A stretch of DNA of 64,000 nt from Myxococcales bacterium (GTDB lineage Bacteria; Desulfobacterota; Binatia; HRBIN30). The DNA lies in contig JBBILD010000004.1 in the NCBI GenBank assembly GCA_037445065.1, positions 96,001 to 160,000 on the forward strand, in the 5' to 3' direction. The notes below the pieces were generated by a model. The model made no database searches. It was not told the DNA's origin and saw nothing but the letters and a program-made list of their open reading frames with translations. This document shows positions 29,694 through 40,105 of this stretch, one piece after another (within the stretch, counting starts at the first letter, position 1; every line of letters begins with the position of its first letter). A program made the position numbers and the translations under genes.

Positions 29694-30437
29694 TCAATGC
29701 ACGATCGTACCGATTGCCTCTCCTAGCACAGCACGTTTGATGTTCCCGCCTGCCCGCAAGTCGAATACCAAGATCGGCAGGCGATTGTCCATGCACAGCG
29801 AAATGGCAGTGGAATCCATGACTTTCAAGTTACGCTGTAGACACTCGATGTAGGAAACCTGAGTGAACTTTTTTGCTTCCGGGTGGAGTTTCGGGTCCAT
29901 GTCGTAGACCCCGTCCACCGTGGTCGCCTTGAGGATAATGTGTGCACCGATTTCGACGGCACGCAGGCTGGCGGCCGTATCGGTCGTGAAAAAGGGATTT
30001 CCAGTCCCCGCGGCGAAGATCACCACCCGGCCCTTTTCCAGGTGGCGTACTGCCCGCCGGCGAATATACGGCTCTGCCACTTGCTGCATGGCAATGGCGG
30101 ACATCACTCGGGTCTTCGCGCCCAGCCGCTCGAGCGCGTCCTGCAGCGCCAACGCATTGATGACGGTGGCCAGCATTCCCATGTAGTCCGCCGTGGCGCG
30201 GTCCATCCCGCGCGCGCTGCCCATCATGCCGCGGAAGATGTTTCCACCGCCAATCACGATGGCCAGCTCGCAGCCGAGATCGCGGACCTCCTTGACCTCC
30301 GCGGCGATCCGCTCGAGCACCTGCGCGTCAATGCCGTACGGCTCGTCTCCGAGAAGGGCCTCGCCGCTCAGTTTCAGCAGCACCCGGCGGTAGCGGAGTG
30401 TGCCAGCCGTGGAAGCCGCGGACGCCTCGTCCACCAT
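29694..30437 (-). CDS. pyrH: UMP kinase
   Basis: [37 protein letters not shown]. Confidence 0.96.
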   Translation of the reverse strand: MVDEASAASTAGTLRYRRVLLKLSGEALLGDEPYGIDAQVLERIAAEVKEVRDLGCELAIVIGGGNIFRGMMGSARGMDRATADYMGMLATVINALALQDALERLGAKTRVMSAIAMQQVAEPYIRRRAVRHLEKGRVVIFAAGTGNPFFTTDTAASLRAVEIGAHIILKATTVDGVYDMDPKLHPEAKKFTQVSYIECLQRNLKVMDSTAISLCMDNRLPILVFDLRAGGNIKRAVLGEAIGTIVH

Positions 30438-30448
30438 GGGACCGCGCC

Positions 30449-31063
30449 TCAGCTCGTGGCTTCCGAAAGCTCGCCTAACTGAAAGCGCGCAAAGCGGCGA
30501 ACGACAATGTTCTCGCCGATACGCGCCACAGCGTCCGTGACGAGTTGTTGCACGGTACGGTCGGGGTCTTTGATAAACGGCTGCTCGAGCAAGCAAGTGT
30601 CCGCAAAGAACTTCTCTAGCTTGCCCTCCACGATTTTTTCGATCACGTGCTGGGGCTTGCCCGAACCGGCGGCTTGGGCGCGGTAGATTTCCCGTTCCGA
30701 TTCGATCACTTGCTGAGGGACGTCCTCACGGCGCACCCAGCGCGGATTGGCGGCGGCGACTTGCATTGCCAAGTCTCGCACCAACTCCTGGAACTCGTTG
30801 GTGCGGGCCACGAAGTCGGTCTCGCAATTCACCTCGATTAGCACCCCGATCTTGCCGCCTGCGTGGATATAAGAGGCCACCAGACCTTGGCTTGCCACCC
30901 TGCTTGCCTTCTTTTGCGCAGTCGCGAGCCCCTTCTCGCGCAAAATTTGGATGGCCTTCTCCATGTCGCCACCGGCCTGGGAGAGGGCCTTTTGGCAGTC
31001 CAGCATTCCGGCACCGGTGCGTTCGCGCAGTTCCCGTACCTGTTGTGCGGTCACCGTGCTCAT
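30449..31063 (-). CDS. tsf: Elongation factor Ts (short form, about 204 aa)
   Basis: [30 protein letters not shown]. Confidence 0.96.
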   Translation of the reverse strand: MSTVTAQQVRELRERTGAGMLDCQKALSQAGGDMEKAIQILREKGLATAQKKASRVASQGLVASYIHAGGKIGVLIEVNCETDFVARTNEFQELVRDLAMQVAAANPRWVRREDVPQQVIESEREIYRAQAAGSGKPQHVIEKIVEGKLEKFFADTCLLEQPFIKDPDRTVQQLVTDAVARIGENIVVRRFARFQLGELSEATS

Positions 31064-31848
31064 AGTTGCGCTCCCTCTTCCCCTCCCTGCCCTTGTTCGT
31101 CGAACGAACCTTCGCTGTTGCTCGTCGGCGTCTCCATTTCGGCTGCCTTGGCGTGCTCTTCCTGGATCCGCTTCCCTTCGAGGACGGCGTCGGCAATGGC
31201 GGCGCAAAACAGCCGTATGGCGCGAATCGCGTCGTCGTTACCGGGGATTTTGTAATCCACCACATCGGGGTCGCAGTTGGTATCCACGACCGCCACCACC
31301 GGGATGCGCAACTTGTTCGCCTCGCGCACGGCGATTTCTTCTTTCTTCGGGTCAATCACGAAGAGGGCATCGGGAAGCCGGCGCATGTTTTTGATACCGC
31401 CGAGTGCCGCCAAAAGTTTGTCCCGCTCGCGCTCGATCCGCAGCATTTCCCTTTTGGTCAGCGCTTCGACCATCGTCGGGTCGGCGAGGATTTCTTCACA
31501 TTTTTTCAAGCGTTCGATGCTTTGCTTGATGGTTTGGAAGTTGGTGAGGGTGCCGCCCAGCCAGCGATTGTTCACGTAGAACATGCCGCAGCGTTCCGCT
31601 TCCTCCTTTATGACCTCTTGGGCTTGCTTCTTGGTACCTACGAACAGGACCGTTCCCCCGCGCGCCGAGAGGTCGCGCACGAATTCGTAAGCGGCGCGAA
31701 ACAGCTCCACTGTCCGTTGTAAGTCAATGATGTGGATGCCATTACGCGCCCCGAAGATGTACGGCCGCATCTTGGGGTTCCAGCGGCTGGTCTGGTGCCC
31801 AAAGTGCACGCCGGCTTCGAGCAGGTTTTTCATGGTAATTTCCGTCAT
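31060..31848 (-). CDS. rpsB: 30S ribosomal protein S2
   Basis: [46 protein letters not shown]. Confidence 0.97.
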   Translation of the reverse strand: MTEITMKNLLEAGVHFGHQTSRWNPKMRPYIFGARNGIHIIDLQRTVELFRAAYEFVRDLSARGGTVLFVGTKKQAQEVIKEEAERCGMFYVNNRWLGGTLTNFQTIKQSIERLKKCEEILADPTMVEALTKREMLRIERERDKLLAALGGIKNMRRLPDALFVIDPKKEEIAVREANKLRIPVVAVVDTNCDPDVVDYKIPGNDDAIRAIRLFCAAIADAVLEGKRIQEEHAKAAEMETPTSNSEGSFDEQGQGGEEGAQL

Positions 31849-31991
31849 AGGCAAAGGTCTCCGAAATGGACCTGCCGTGAGTATCAGAAAGGGGCAGATG
31901 CGCGCAAGGCAGGGGCTCTGGGGCCGAATCTACGGGCGCCGCGCGTACAACGGGAGCGTTCGACCAAAACGGCTGCTCATTTGCTCGGCCT

Positions 31992-33461
31992 TTAAGGGCG
32001 AGGGGTTTCTGCGTTGGCGGAGGAATCGGGCGCGGCCCGCGTGTAAACCAGCCTCCGCCCCTCCTCTAACTCGGATTCCAGCCGCACCCACTCCGCTTCA
32101 GGCGTGTACCAGAGGTCAATCCGGAAGTTTGGTCCGAGCAAGGAGTAGCGTTTGGCTCGAACCTGGGCCGAGCCGAGCGGTACGAACTCTTCGCCTCGTT
32201 CTTCGGTGCGGACCGCAACCCACTCTGCCGTTTGCGGGTTCAAAAGGTAGCCCCGCTGCAGGATCTCTGGATTCCAGTAAGCAAACGTCCACACGCAGCC
32301 CTCGAGAGAGAGCTTGGTATTCTGGTCCTTCTCCACCAAAAAGCGGTTCCCGCTGCGTTGGGCGCGAACCTTTGTTTCTTTCCCGTTTTCGACAGTTGCG
32401 GATTCGAGCGAGGTAAGGCAGCCATCTTGCCACCGTTCCACCGCTCGATGCCGATACCGGTACACCGGCACAATCCAAAATTTCACTTCGAACTGCGCTT
32501 CGCTGATCAAGGTTCGAGATCCGTCGCCGTGGTTTTGGAGTTCGAAACGGTGCTGGCCAATCGGTTGTTCGCCGAGGATAACCTGAAACTCCCAGGTGCG
32601 AGTGGTGGCCCCAGCAGGAGCGCAGGGAATGCCGAGCAAGAATCCGAGTAGGATGGCGGCCGGGAAGATACCCGCCTTGCCTCGCCATCGGATGCGCGGC
32701 ACAAACGCCGGGACCCTCTGGCAGTACTGCGCATACGCCGGAGTGCGCCTTTTGAGATCGGCCTCAAGCAGTGGGACCCCGGAAAAGCGCGTGAGTAGCC
32801 AGGTCATCAGCAGCGGGCTCGCGATCGTCCACCAGCCACCGGCGCTGAGGGCAATCAGGAAAATTCCCCACCACACACAAGCTTCTCCGAAGTAATTCGG
32901 GTGGCGGCTTAAAGACCAGAGCCCTCGATCGAGCACTTGCGTTGAACTGGAGCGAGTTTTCCGAAAGCGGGCGAGCTGGTAATCTGCGACCGCCTCGAAG
33001 ACGAGGCCAAATCCTGTGAGGCCGGCGCCTAGAGCTGCTAGCGTAGGAGAGGACGGCGCTCCCCAACAAGCGGCGAGAATGGGTAGAGAGACCAGCCAAG
33101 CAAGCACTGCTTGGAAGCCGAAGACGAGGTACAGGCTCTTCCAGGCAAAACCGGGTTCGTAGCGTTTTTGCAGGGCAGCGTACCGCCGGTCTTCCGGTTT
33201 GCCCCAGTTCCGCCAGGTTAGATACGCGCTGAGGCGCAGCGCCCAGGTGCCCACGAGGACAAGCACCAGCGGTTCAGTCCAAGGTGTCCCCGGGCTGCTG
33301 GGCGCGTATACGAGGGCTGCGACGAGGAAAAAGCAGGGCCACAGGCTGTCCACGACGGAGACCTTGTGGGTGACCCGGCTCAGTAGCCAGCCGCCGAAAG
33401 CCAAGGTGAGGATGGCAACGAGGCCAGCTCCTGCCGATCGTAGCACGTCAGCGATGGGCAT
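31992..33461 (-). CDS. DUF1295 (steroid 5-alpha-reductase-like) membrane protein fused to a C-terminal DUF6134-like exported domain
   Basis: VDSLW, EDRRY, EAVADYQL, GLWSLSRHPNYFGE, SGVPLLE. These are followed in frame by a signal-peptide-like stretch and IGQHRF...YRYRH.A.E.WQDGCL...YWNP...LLNPQT. GGAGG before ATG 33461. Confidence 0.8.
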   Translation of the reverse strand: MPIADVLRSAGAGLVAILTLAFGGWLLSRVTHKVSVVDSLWPCFFLVAALVYAPSSPGTPWTEPLVLVLVGTWALRLSAYLTWRNWGKPEDRRYAALQKRYEPGFAWKSLYLVFGFQAVLAWLVSLPILAACWGAPSSPTLAALGAGLTGFGLVFEAVADYQLARFRKTRSSSTQVLDRGLWSLSRHPNYFGEACVWWGIFLIALSAGGWWTIASPLLMTWLLTRFSGVPLLEADLKRRTPAYAQYCQRVPAFVPRIRWRGKAGIFPAAILLGFLLGIPCAPAGATTRTWEFQVILGEQPIGQHRFELQNHGDGSRTLISEAQFEVKFWIVPVYRYRHRAVERWQDGCLTSLESATVENGKETKVRAQRSGNRFLVEKDQNTKLSLEGCVWTFAYWNPEILQRGYLLNPQTAEWVAVRTEERGEEFVPLGSAQVRAKRYSLLGPNFRIDLWYTPEAEWVRLESELEEGRRLVYTRAAPDSSANAETPRP

Positions 33462-34023
33462 CGGCATCCTCCAGGGCTGAGACCGGCCGTTGATCCTGTG
33501 TTCTGTCGAGGATTGCCAACAGCAGGGGTAGTAGTACTGCCCAACCGGTGGCGAGGATGGCGAGCGACCAGCCAGGGTGCGGGAAGGTTGCGGCACCGAG
33601 CCGTGCCCCGGCCCAATACGAGAGTGGCCCCAGGGTCGCACCACAGGCAACCGCCGCGATCCGCTGCTGCCGTATCCACGTGGGGGCCACCCGCAGTGTG
33701 CTTGCGAACAGTGCCCACAAGCTGATGATCCAGGCAGGAGCCCAACCGATACGGTACCCAAGATGCGGGAAGTCCAAAGCCCCAACCAGCACAGCAAAGT
33801 TCTCCCAGATGGCCCCAAAACCCAGCCCGAGACAAAGCGCTCGCACTTCCTCGGTCCGGCTCTTGGAGACGGCGACATGCAGAGCGGCAAAAGCGCACGC
33901 CACGACCACGGCAGCCTCGGATGAGCCGTGTGCAGCGAGAAGCACCAGTGTAAACCAAGCCACGTAGAACCAGCCCACGGTCCACGCAGTGCGGCCGAGA
34001 GACTGTTCTTGCATCTGCCTCAC
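33448..34023 (-). CDS. DUF2878 family membrane protein
   Basis: FY.AWF, P.WII.LW.LFA.TL, GPLSYWAG.RLGA. Start is GTG 34023 (overlapping the upstream stop) or ATG 34014. Confidence 0.8.
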   Translation of the reverse strand: MRQMQEQSLGRTAWTVGWFYVAWFTLVLLAAHGSSEAAVVVACAFAALHVAVSKSRTEEVRALCLGLGFGAIWENFAVLVGALDFPHLGYRIGWAPAWIISLWALFASTLRVAPTWIRQQRIAAVACGATLGPLSYWAGARLGAATFPHPGWSLAILATGWAVLLPLLLAILDRTQDQRPVSALEDADAHR

Positions 34024-35060
34024 ACTTTGTCCCTGGGCGCCAGTAAGTAGTGACTGACCCACCATTCCTGTCCGCCCCGATATTTGAACAGTTCGGCGCA
34101 AGCGAGAAAAAAGAGCTGCCAGCGCATCCGCCACACACGGGGGTTCTGCCCGTACACGGATTTCAGAATGGGTAGGATCTCGCGTTCGTTTTGCCAAAAA
34201 TTTTGCAACCAAGCCTCGCAGGTGCGCGCGTAGTGCCTTCCAGACCACCGCCACTGGCGCAGGATCTGCAGGTCTTGCTGGCAGTGCAGGGGCAAGGAGT
34301 CACTGGGCATCATGCCGCCAGTGAAGAAGTACCGGCTCATCCAATCCGAGGGGCCGGCTGGGGAGTATTCGTAGGGGACAGAGCGGTGCACGAAGACATG
34401 CATCAGAAAGCGCCCCTGGGGCGTAAGCCACGAGCGTACGTTGCGCAAAAGACGCGGCCAATTGCGCATGTGCTCGAACATCTCCACAGAAACGATGCGG
34501 TCAAAGCGTTGACCCGGATCAAAGTCGTTCATATCGCCTCGCTCGGCCTGCAAGTTGCGCAAACCGCGACGCGATGCTTGCTCGCGAAGGTAGTCAATTT
34601 GGCTTTGCGCATTGGAGACCGCTAGCACCGTGGAGCGGGGATAGCGGCTGGCGATCCACAGGCTGAGCGAGCCCCAGCCACAACCCAAGTCGAGCAGGGA
34701 GTGACCGTCTTCGAACTGCGCGTGGTCGCAGGTTCGCTGTAGGGCCTCTGCCTCTGCATCGGCGAGCGTTTGTGTCTCAGCGCTCCAGTAGCAGCAGCTA
34801 TATTTGCGATGCGGCCCGAGCACTTTCTCGAAGAACGCGGGTGGTAGTTCGTAGTGCTGCTCGTTGGCCTTTTCCGGAACCAAGGCAATGGGCGCCGAGG
34901 CCATCTGCTGTAGAAAAGCGGCTTGGTGCTCGGCGCAGGTCTCTGGATCACTGGCACCGATCTGGCGGAGGCGTGCGCGCAGTAATTGGCGAATGCCGGC
35001 CCGCAGAAGCGGTACCGGTACCCATCCGGTCTCCGCGAGCTGAACGGCAAGATTCCACAT
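34020..35060 (-). CDS. SAM-dependent methyltransferase, cyclopropane-fatty-acyl-phospholipid synthase-like family
   Basis: ANEQHYELP, LG...KYSCCYW, LDLGCGWGS, SVEMFEHMRN, YFFTGG.MPS. Confidence 0.9.
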   Translation of the reverse strand: MWNLAVQLAETGWVPVPLLRAGIRQLLRARLRQIGASDPETCAEHQAAFLQQMASAPIALVPEKANEQHYELPPAFFEKVLGPHRKYSCCYWSAETQTLADAEAEALQRTCDHAQFEDGHSLLDLGCGWGSLSLWIASRYPRSTVLAVSNAQSQIDYLREQASRRGLRNLQAERGDMNDFDPGQRFDRIVSVEMFEHMRNWPRLLRNVRSWLTPQGRFLMHVFVHRSVPYEYSPAGPSDWMSRYFFTGGMMPSDSLPLHCQQDLQILRQWRWSGRHYARTCEAWLQNFWQNEREILPILKSVYGQNPRVWRMRWQLFFLACAELFKYRGGQEWWVSHYLLAPRDKV

Positions 35061-35334
35061 CGAAGGTCATAGTGAACGAAATCGAGATTGAGTCCAGGCC
35101 GTAGCGTTCGGCGCCGCGGGAACGATCCCGGGCAGGGGTTTTTGGGGATGCGCCCGCGAAGACGGCGAGCAGCGGTACTGGCGTTCTGGGCAGATCCTTG
35201 AGAATGAGCGCGCCGTTGGTGCACAGCAGCGTCACAGCGCCCCAGCTGTGCTGAAGGCTTGTTCGCGCAGGGATCCGGGGTCCGGGAAGGGTCAATCGCT
35301 CCCCGGTCCTCGGGGCTTGCGGGATCGCGCGAGT

Positions 35335-36282
35335 TTACTCCTCACCCGCGCTGGCGAAGGGGATGCAGAATTCCCACAATGGTACGAGGTCGGGTGGTAA
35401 AGGCGAGCAGAAATCCAAGGGTTTGTTCGAGCGAGGGTGGGGGAAAGCCAAGCGGTGCGCGTGCAGCGCTTGGCGGGTGGGTTGAGGGACGTGTGGGGCT
35501 TTGCGGGCGCGGCCGTAAGTAAGGTCGCCGACGATGGGATGGCCGAGGCTCGCGAGGTGGACCCGGATCTGGTGCGTGCGGCCGGTCTTCGGCTTGACGC
35601 GAAGCCAGCTGACCGAATCTCCGACACGAATTAGTTCGTACTCCGTCCATGCGGCTCGCCCTTCGCGGCGGATGGCCATTTTTTTGCGGTGAACGGGATC
35701 TCGCCCGATGGGTGTCTCGATGGTGGCGTGCACCCGGTGGGGCTTGCCCCACACCGCGGCAAGATACTCCTTTTCCACCGTGCGAGCGTGAAACTGGCGG
35801 GCTAGGAGGGCAAGGGTTTCGGGATCCTTCGCAATCACCAGCACCCCGGAGGTGTCCTTGTCGAGGCGGTGGACGATGCCGGGGCGCAGCGGATCCAAGC
35901 CACTGGGTTGGCCCTGCCAGCGATACAGAAGGCCGTGCACGAGAGTGCCTCGCGCATGAGTCGGAGCAGGATGGACCACCAGGCCAGCGGGCTTATCCAC
36001 AACCAGCAACCACGCGTCCTCGTACAACACCTGCAAGGGAATCGGTTCCGGAACGAGACCCGGTTCGTCGGCTGGGGGCGGTGGCAACACTTCAATGCGG
36101 TGCCCGGGCCGCAGGCGCTGGCCACACCGTGCGGGTTGCCCGTTGATGCGCACGTAGCCCGCCTCGATGAGCTTTTGCACGCGTGCCCGCGACCCCCAGC
36201 GGCCGATCTGGGCCAGGAAGCGATCGATCCGCTGCGGCGGGCCTTGGCTCGGGCTTTCGATAATTTCCGGCGTTGACTTCAT
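35335..36282 (-). CDS. rluD: RluA-family 23S rRNA pseudouridine synthase with S4 domain
   Basis: VDKPAGLVVHP, GIVHRLDKDTSG, TGRTHQIRVH, GHPIVGD. Confidence 0.9.
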   Translation of the reverse strand: MKSTPEIIESPSQGPPQRIDRFLAQIGRWGSRARVQKLIEAGYVRINGQPARCGQRLRPGHRIEVLPPPPADEPGLVPEPIPLQVLYEDAWLLVVDKPAGLVVHPAPTHARGTLVHGLLYRWQGQPSGLDPLRPGIVHRLDKDTSGVLVIAKDPETLALLARQFHARTVEKEYLAAVWGKPHRVHATIETPIGRDPVHRKKMAIRREGRAAWTEYELIRVGDSVSWLRVKPKTGRTHQIRVHLASLGHPIVGDLTYGRARKAPHVPQPTRQALHAHRLAFPHPRSNKPLDFCSPLPPDLVPLWEFCIPFASAGEE

Positions 36283-37205
36283 CCGTTTCGTAAAATTTCG
36301 CGTGCCCGGGCGACATCGCGAGCGATTTGTTTGCGCAGGGCTGTCACCGACGGGAAGCGAAGTTCCTCTCGGAGTTTTTCGAGAATCCGGACTGTCAGCC
36401 GGCGTCCGTACAAATCGCCTTCGAAGTCGAGAATATGAACTTCGAACTGCCGGCTGACATCCCCAAAGGTAGGGTTCGAGCCGAGGTTCGCAACGGCTGG
36501 CTGCCAGCGATCGTTCCAGTACACTTCCACTACGTACACTCCGTCAGGGGGAAGCACTAAGTCGTCGGTGCGGAGGTTGGCGGTTGGGAACCCCAGGGCT
36601 TTGCCGCGATGGTGGCCATGCACGACTCGCCCAGCAAAGGTGTGCGGCCTGCCGAGCATTTCTTGGGCGAGTTTCAGGTTACCCTCGCTGATCAGTGAGC
36701 GAATCGCGCTGCTGCTCACCAGACGCCCCCCCACCTCGATCTTGCCCACGATCTCGACAGTGATTCCGAGTTCTGCCCCGAGCCTTTGCAGGAGTGCGGC
36801 ATCCCCGCGGCGAAAGTGGCCGAACCGCACCCGGTGACCCACAACGATGCCGCGCGCGCCTAGGGTCCCGACCAGCCAGTCGCGCACGAAGGGTTCGGGC
36901 TCCAGTGCAGCGAAGGAACGCGAAAAGCGCTGCAAGAGCACGCGGTCAATGCCGGAGGAGAGGATCGTCCCGATGCGGGTATGGAGATCCATGAGTTTTT
37001 TCGGAGCATGAGTCGGCATCAGAACCGCGGCCGGGTGGGGCTCGAAGGTCAGGGCCAGAGACGAGCCTCCAGCCTGGCGGGCCAGTGCGATGGTGCGCTC
37101 CAAAATCGCCTGGTGGCCCTGATGGACTCCGTCGAAGTTACCCAGCGTGACCACCGGATTGGTCACGTGTTTGCTGCAGGAACCAAAGTGGCGAAAGATC
37201 TTCAT
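36279..37205 (-). CDS. ribF: Bifunctional riboflavin kinase/FAD synthetase
   Basis: GNFDGVH.GH, TFEPHP, SSSAIR, LGFPTAN, EVHILDF. Confidence 0.95.
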   Translation of the reverse strand: MKIFRHFGSCSKHVTNPVVTLGNFDGVHQGHQAILERTIALARQAGGSSLALTFEPHPAAVLMPTHAPKKLMDLHTRIGTILSSGIDRVLLQRFSRSFAALEPEPFVRDWLVGTLGARGIVVGHRVRFGHFRRGDAALLQRLGAELGITVEIVGKIEVGGRLVSSSAIRSLISEGNLKLAQEMLGRPHTFAGRVVHGHHRGKALGFPTANLRTDDLVLPPDGVYVVEVYWNDRWQPAVANLGSNPTFGDVSRQFEVHILDFEGDLYGRRLTVRILEKLREELRFPSVTALRKQIARDVARAREILRNG

Positions 37206-37403
37206 TGCGATCCGCCCGCTCGGGTGTGGCTGGCCGCGAGTGCTCGACTGGCCCCGCAAGTCATAGTACGGGCGCCGCCCGTGCGCACGCCGTTCGGGCA
37301 ACCGTCTCGGGGTGCCGTGCTCGGGAAACCCCTGGCGCTCACAACCGGGAGGCGGAAGCCACAGGCCCCCTTGCACGCGCGCCGGATGCGCATCGCTCCT
37401 CGG

Positions 37404-38207
37404 TTAGTCGCCGAGTTCCCGCAGCTTTTGTTTGGCCTGTTCCGCCTCTTCCGTGCGCGGGTACTCGGTGGTTAATTTGCGCAGCACCAGTTTGGCATCG
37501 GTGGTCTCGCCGCTGGCAGCAAAGGAGTCGGCCAGGAGCAGCAGGGCCGCAGGCGCCTTGTCTCCCTTGGGGTAGCGCATCATGACGTCACTTAACTCCC
37601 GCGCGGCGAGGCCGTAGTCCCGTTGATAGAAGTAACAAGCGCCAATCCAATATTGGGCATTGTCGGCCAAATCGGACTTGGGGTTCTTGCGCACAAACTC
37701 CTTGAGCCGAGCTGCGGCTTGGGCGCACTGGCCCTGGCGCACGAGGTTGAGCCCCTCCCGAAAATCTGGCGTGGATCCGGCACTCGCCTCTTCCCGGGCA
37801 AGGGCGACCTCGAGTGGGCTTTGCGGGCGGGCAGTCGGCACGGGCTGGATCGCCGACCCGGGCTGTGCGGGGGAAGGCTCGCTTGCCCCCGCAGGCGGAG
37901 CAGGGAGCGAACCCATGGCCAGCCGTTGCTCGATAGCGGTGAGTCGTCCGTCGAGTTCATTGAGCCGTTGCTGCAATTGGGCTGGGACCGGGCCGCCGCG
38001 CGCGGAGCTGCGCTCGGCGAGTTCCTGGCGCAAAATATCGAGGCGGCGGCGTAGCCCTTCGATGGCGACGTTTTGGTCCGCTACCATTGCCCGCATCTCG
38101 CGCTGTTGTTTTTTGAGGCGCTCCACCTCGGCGCGGCTCGCGCAACCCGAAATGGCGGCGCTGAGAAGCCCGAGCGCCGTGAAGCTGAGCAGAAAGCGCC
38201 GCCGCAC
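37404..38207 (-). CDS. cpoB: Tol-Pal system protein YbgF/CpoB (lipoprotein)
   Basis: Lipobox ISGC, coiled coil, TPR motifs LADNAQYWIG and YPKGDKAP.ALL; located after pal. Confidence 0.88.
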   Translation of the reverse strand: MRRRFLLSFTALGLLSAAISGCASRAEVERLKKQQREMRAMVADQNVAIEGLRRRLDILRQELAERSSARGGPVPAQLQQRLNELDGRLTAIEQRLAMGSLPAPPAGASEPSPAQPGSAIQPVPTARPQSPLEVALAREEASAGSTPDFREGLNLVRQGQCAQAAARLKEFVRKNPKSDLADNAQYWIGACYFYQRDYGLAARELSDVMMRYPKGDKAPAALLLLADSFAASGETTDAKLVLRKLTTEYPRTEEAEQAKQKLRELGD

Positions 38208-38208
38208 C

Positions 38209-38745
38209 TTATTCGCCCAGGACGACGAAGTGAGCCCGCCGATTTCGTGCCCAGCAATCCTCGTTGTGTTCTGTGCACAACGGCAGTTCCTCGCCGTAAC
38301 TGATAGTGGTCATGCGATCTGCGGCAATGCCGAGGCTCACTAGATAGTCTTTCACAGCACGCGCCCGCTTCGCCCCGAGCGCCAAGTTGTACTCGACCGT
38401 GCCTCGCTCGTCACAATGACCCTCGATTTCCACCTTCTCGCGCGGGTTTTCCTGCAACCATTCGGCGTTTTCGCGCAGCACGGCCCGCGCCTCTTCGTCC
38501 AGCTCATACGAGTCGAAGGCAAAATGCACATCGCGCAAGGGGCCACCATCGGCCGCAGGGCGCTCACCGGCCTTGAACCGTTCCAAGCTCCCGGCCGTGT
38601 CTACACCCTTTTCTTCGAGGCCCGCGGCTCCGGCCGTCTCGCCCGGCCCTTTTTTCCGCGAGGGACACCCGGGGAGAACCAGCAAAAGAGCAAGAGCGGC
38701 AAACACCCCAGCTCGACCTAGCATTCTCATCCTCCTCGGCCGCAT
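38209..38745 (-). CDS. pal: Peptidoglycan-associated lipoprotein
   Basis: Lipobox [35 protein letters not shown]. Confidence 0.95.
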   Translation of the reverse strand: MRPRRMRMLGRAGVFAALALLLVLPGCPSRKKGPGETAGAAGLEEKGVDTAGSLERFKAGERPAADGGPLRDVHFAFDSYELDEEARAVLRENAEWLQENPREKVEIEGHCDERGTVEYNLALGAKRARAVKDYLVSLGIAADRMTTISYGEELPLCTEHNEDCWARNRRAHFVVLGE

Positions 38746-38772
38746 GACCTGCGCAGGAGACTCAACCTGACT

Positions 38773-40092
38773 TCACTCCAACCACCGCGACCAGGCCGGA
38801 CTGGTATCATCACCACCCCCGTGAGTCAATTGAACTTGGCTCACGCCGGCCGCGTCCATCACGTAGAGCTTCTTGGCGCCACTGCGGTTCGAACTGAAGA
38901 CCAAATAGCGGCCATCCGGCGACCAGCTCGGGTCTTCGTTGTTTCCAGATGCCTGGGTAAGCTGCCGTACCTCACTGCCATCCGGCCGAATCGTGAAGAT
39001 GTTGAAGCCGCCTTCGTAACGACTCACGTACGCGATTCGGTCGCCCTTGGGGGACCATGCGGGGGACGTGTTGTAGTCCCCCTGGAACGTGAGCCGCCGC
39101 GCTTGCCCGCCGTCACTGCTCATAATGTAGATTTGCGGTGAACCTGAGCGGTTCGAACAAAAGGCGATTTGCCTCCCATCGGGAGACCAGGAGGGGGAGA
39201 CGTCAATGGCCCAGTGGTCGGTGAGTTTGCGGACCAGGTCGCCAGCCCGGTCGAGAAGCACGAGGTCAGAGCCTGAGGCATCATCCACAGTCAGCGCAAT
39301 CGTCGAGCCGTCGGGAGAGAATCGCCCTCCAAGGTTGAGGCCGAGACGACTGGAGATGCGGGTTTCCCGCCCGCTCAACAGGTCGAGCAAGTAGAGGTCC
39401 GGATTGCCCCGCTTGTACGAGGTGTACAGGAGGTTGCGGTTGTCTGGTGCCCAGGATGGGGAGACGGTGATGCTCGAGGCTTTTGTCACTTGCTGCAGAT
39501 CGCCACCGTCCAAGCTCATCACGTAAACCTCTTTGAAACGACCGTCGCGATTCGACACAAAGGCGATCCGCGAGTCGAACGGGCCCCGCTCGCCTGTGAA
39601 CTGCAGGAGGATTTCATCCGCGAAGCGGTGGGCCATGCGGCGCAGCAGGTCCACCGAACCGCGATAGCGGCGGCCCGTGAGCTGGCGCCGCTGCGGAACG
39701 TCGAACAACCTGGCTTCGAGGGTCAGCACATCGCCGTCGAGTTCAAAGGCTCCTTTTACCAGAGCCAGCGCTCCAAGAACGGTCCAGTTGTCGAACTGGA
39801 TCGTTTCGACATCCATTCCTGAGGTCTCGGGTTGCTCGATGTGAGCGGAGCGCTCGATAATCTTGAAGTAGCCGGAGAGCACCAGGTCGCGTTCGAGGAT
39901 CTCGGCGAAGCGGCGGCCTAAGTCACCTCCCGCTCCTCCAGGTGTCAAGTTTTTCGGAGGTGACACTGCGATCGGGTAGTTGCGCAACCCCGGACCGAAA
40001 ATGGTTCCTCGCACCTGGCCCCTGGCCAGCGAGGGGAGCAGGAGGAGCAACCAAATTGCGCAGGCTCGCCAACCTAAGGTACGTGCTCGCAT
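38773..40092 (-). CDS. tolB: Tol-Pal beta-propeller protein TolB
   Basis: Signal peptide, AHRFADEI...TG..G.F.SRIAFV, repeated PxWSPDG (PD40). Confidence 0.93.
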   Translation of the reverse strand: MRARTLGWRACAIWLLLLLPSLARGQVRGTIFGPGLRNYPIAVSPPKNLTPGGAGGDLGRRFAEILERDLVLSGYFKIIERSAHIEQPETSGMDVETIQFDNWTVLGALALVKGAFELDGDVLTLEARLFDVPQRRQLTGRRYRGSVDLLRRMAHRFADEILLQFTGERGPFDSRIAFVSNRDGRFKEVYVMSLDGGDLQQVTKASSITVSPSWAPDNRNLLYTSYKRGNPDLYLLDLLSGRETRISSRLGLNLGGRFSPDGSTIALTVDDASGSDLVLLDRAGDLVRKLTDHWAIDVSPSWSPDGRQIAFCSNRSGSPQIYIMSSDGGQARRLTFQGDYNTSPAWSPKGDRIAYVSRYEGGFNIFTIRPDGSEVRQLTQASGNNEDPSWSPDGRYLVFSSNRSGAKKLYVMDAAGVSQVQLTHGGGDDTSPAWSRWLE

Positions 40093-40105
40093 CGTGGATC
40101 TCCTC

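Noticed and set aside
30449..31063. Short EF-Ts as a possible truncation
   Set aside because: EF-Ts of about 200 aa is a known natural form, and the N- and C-terminal motifs are intact.
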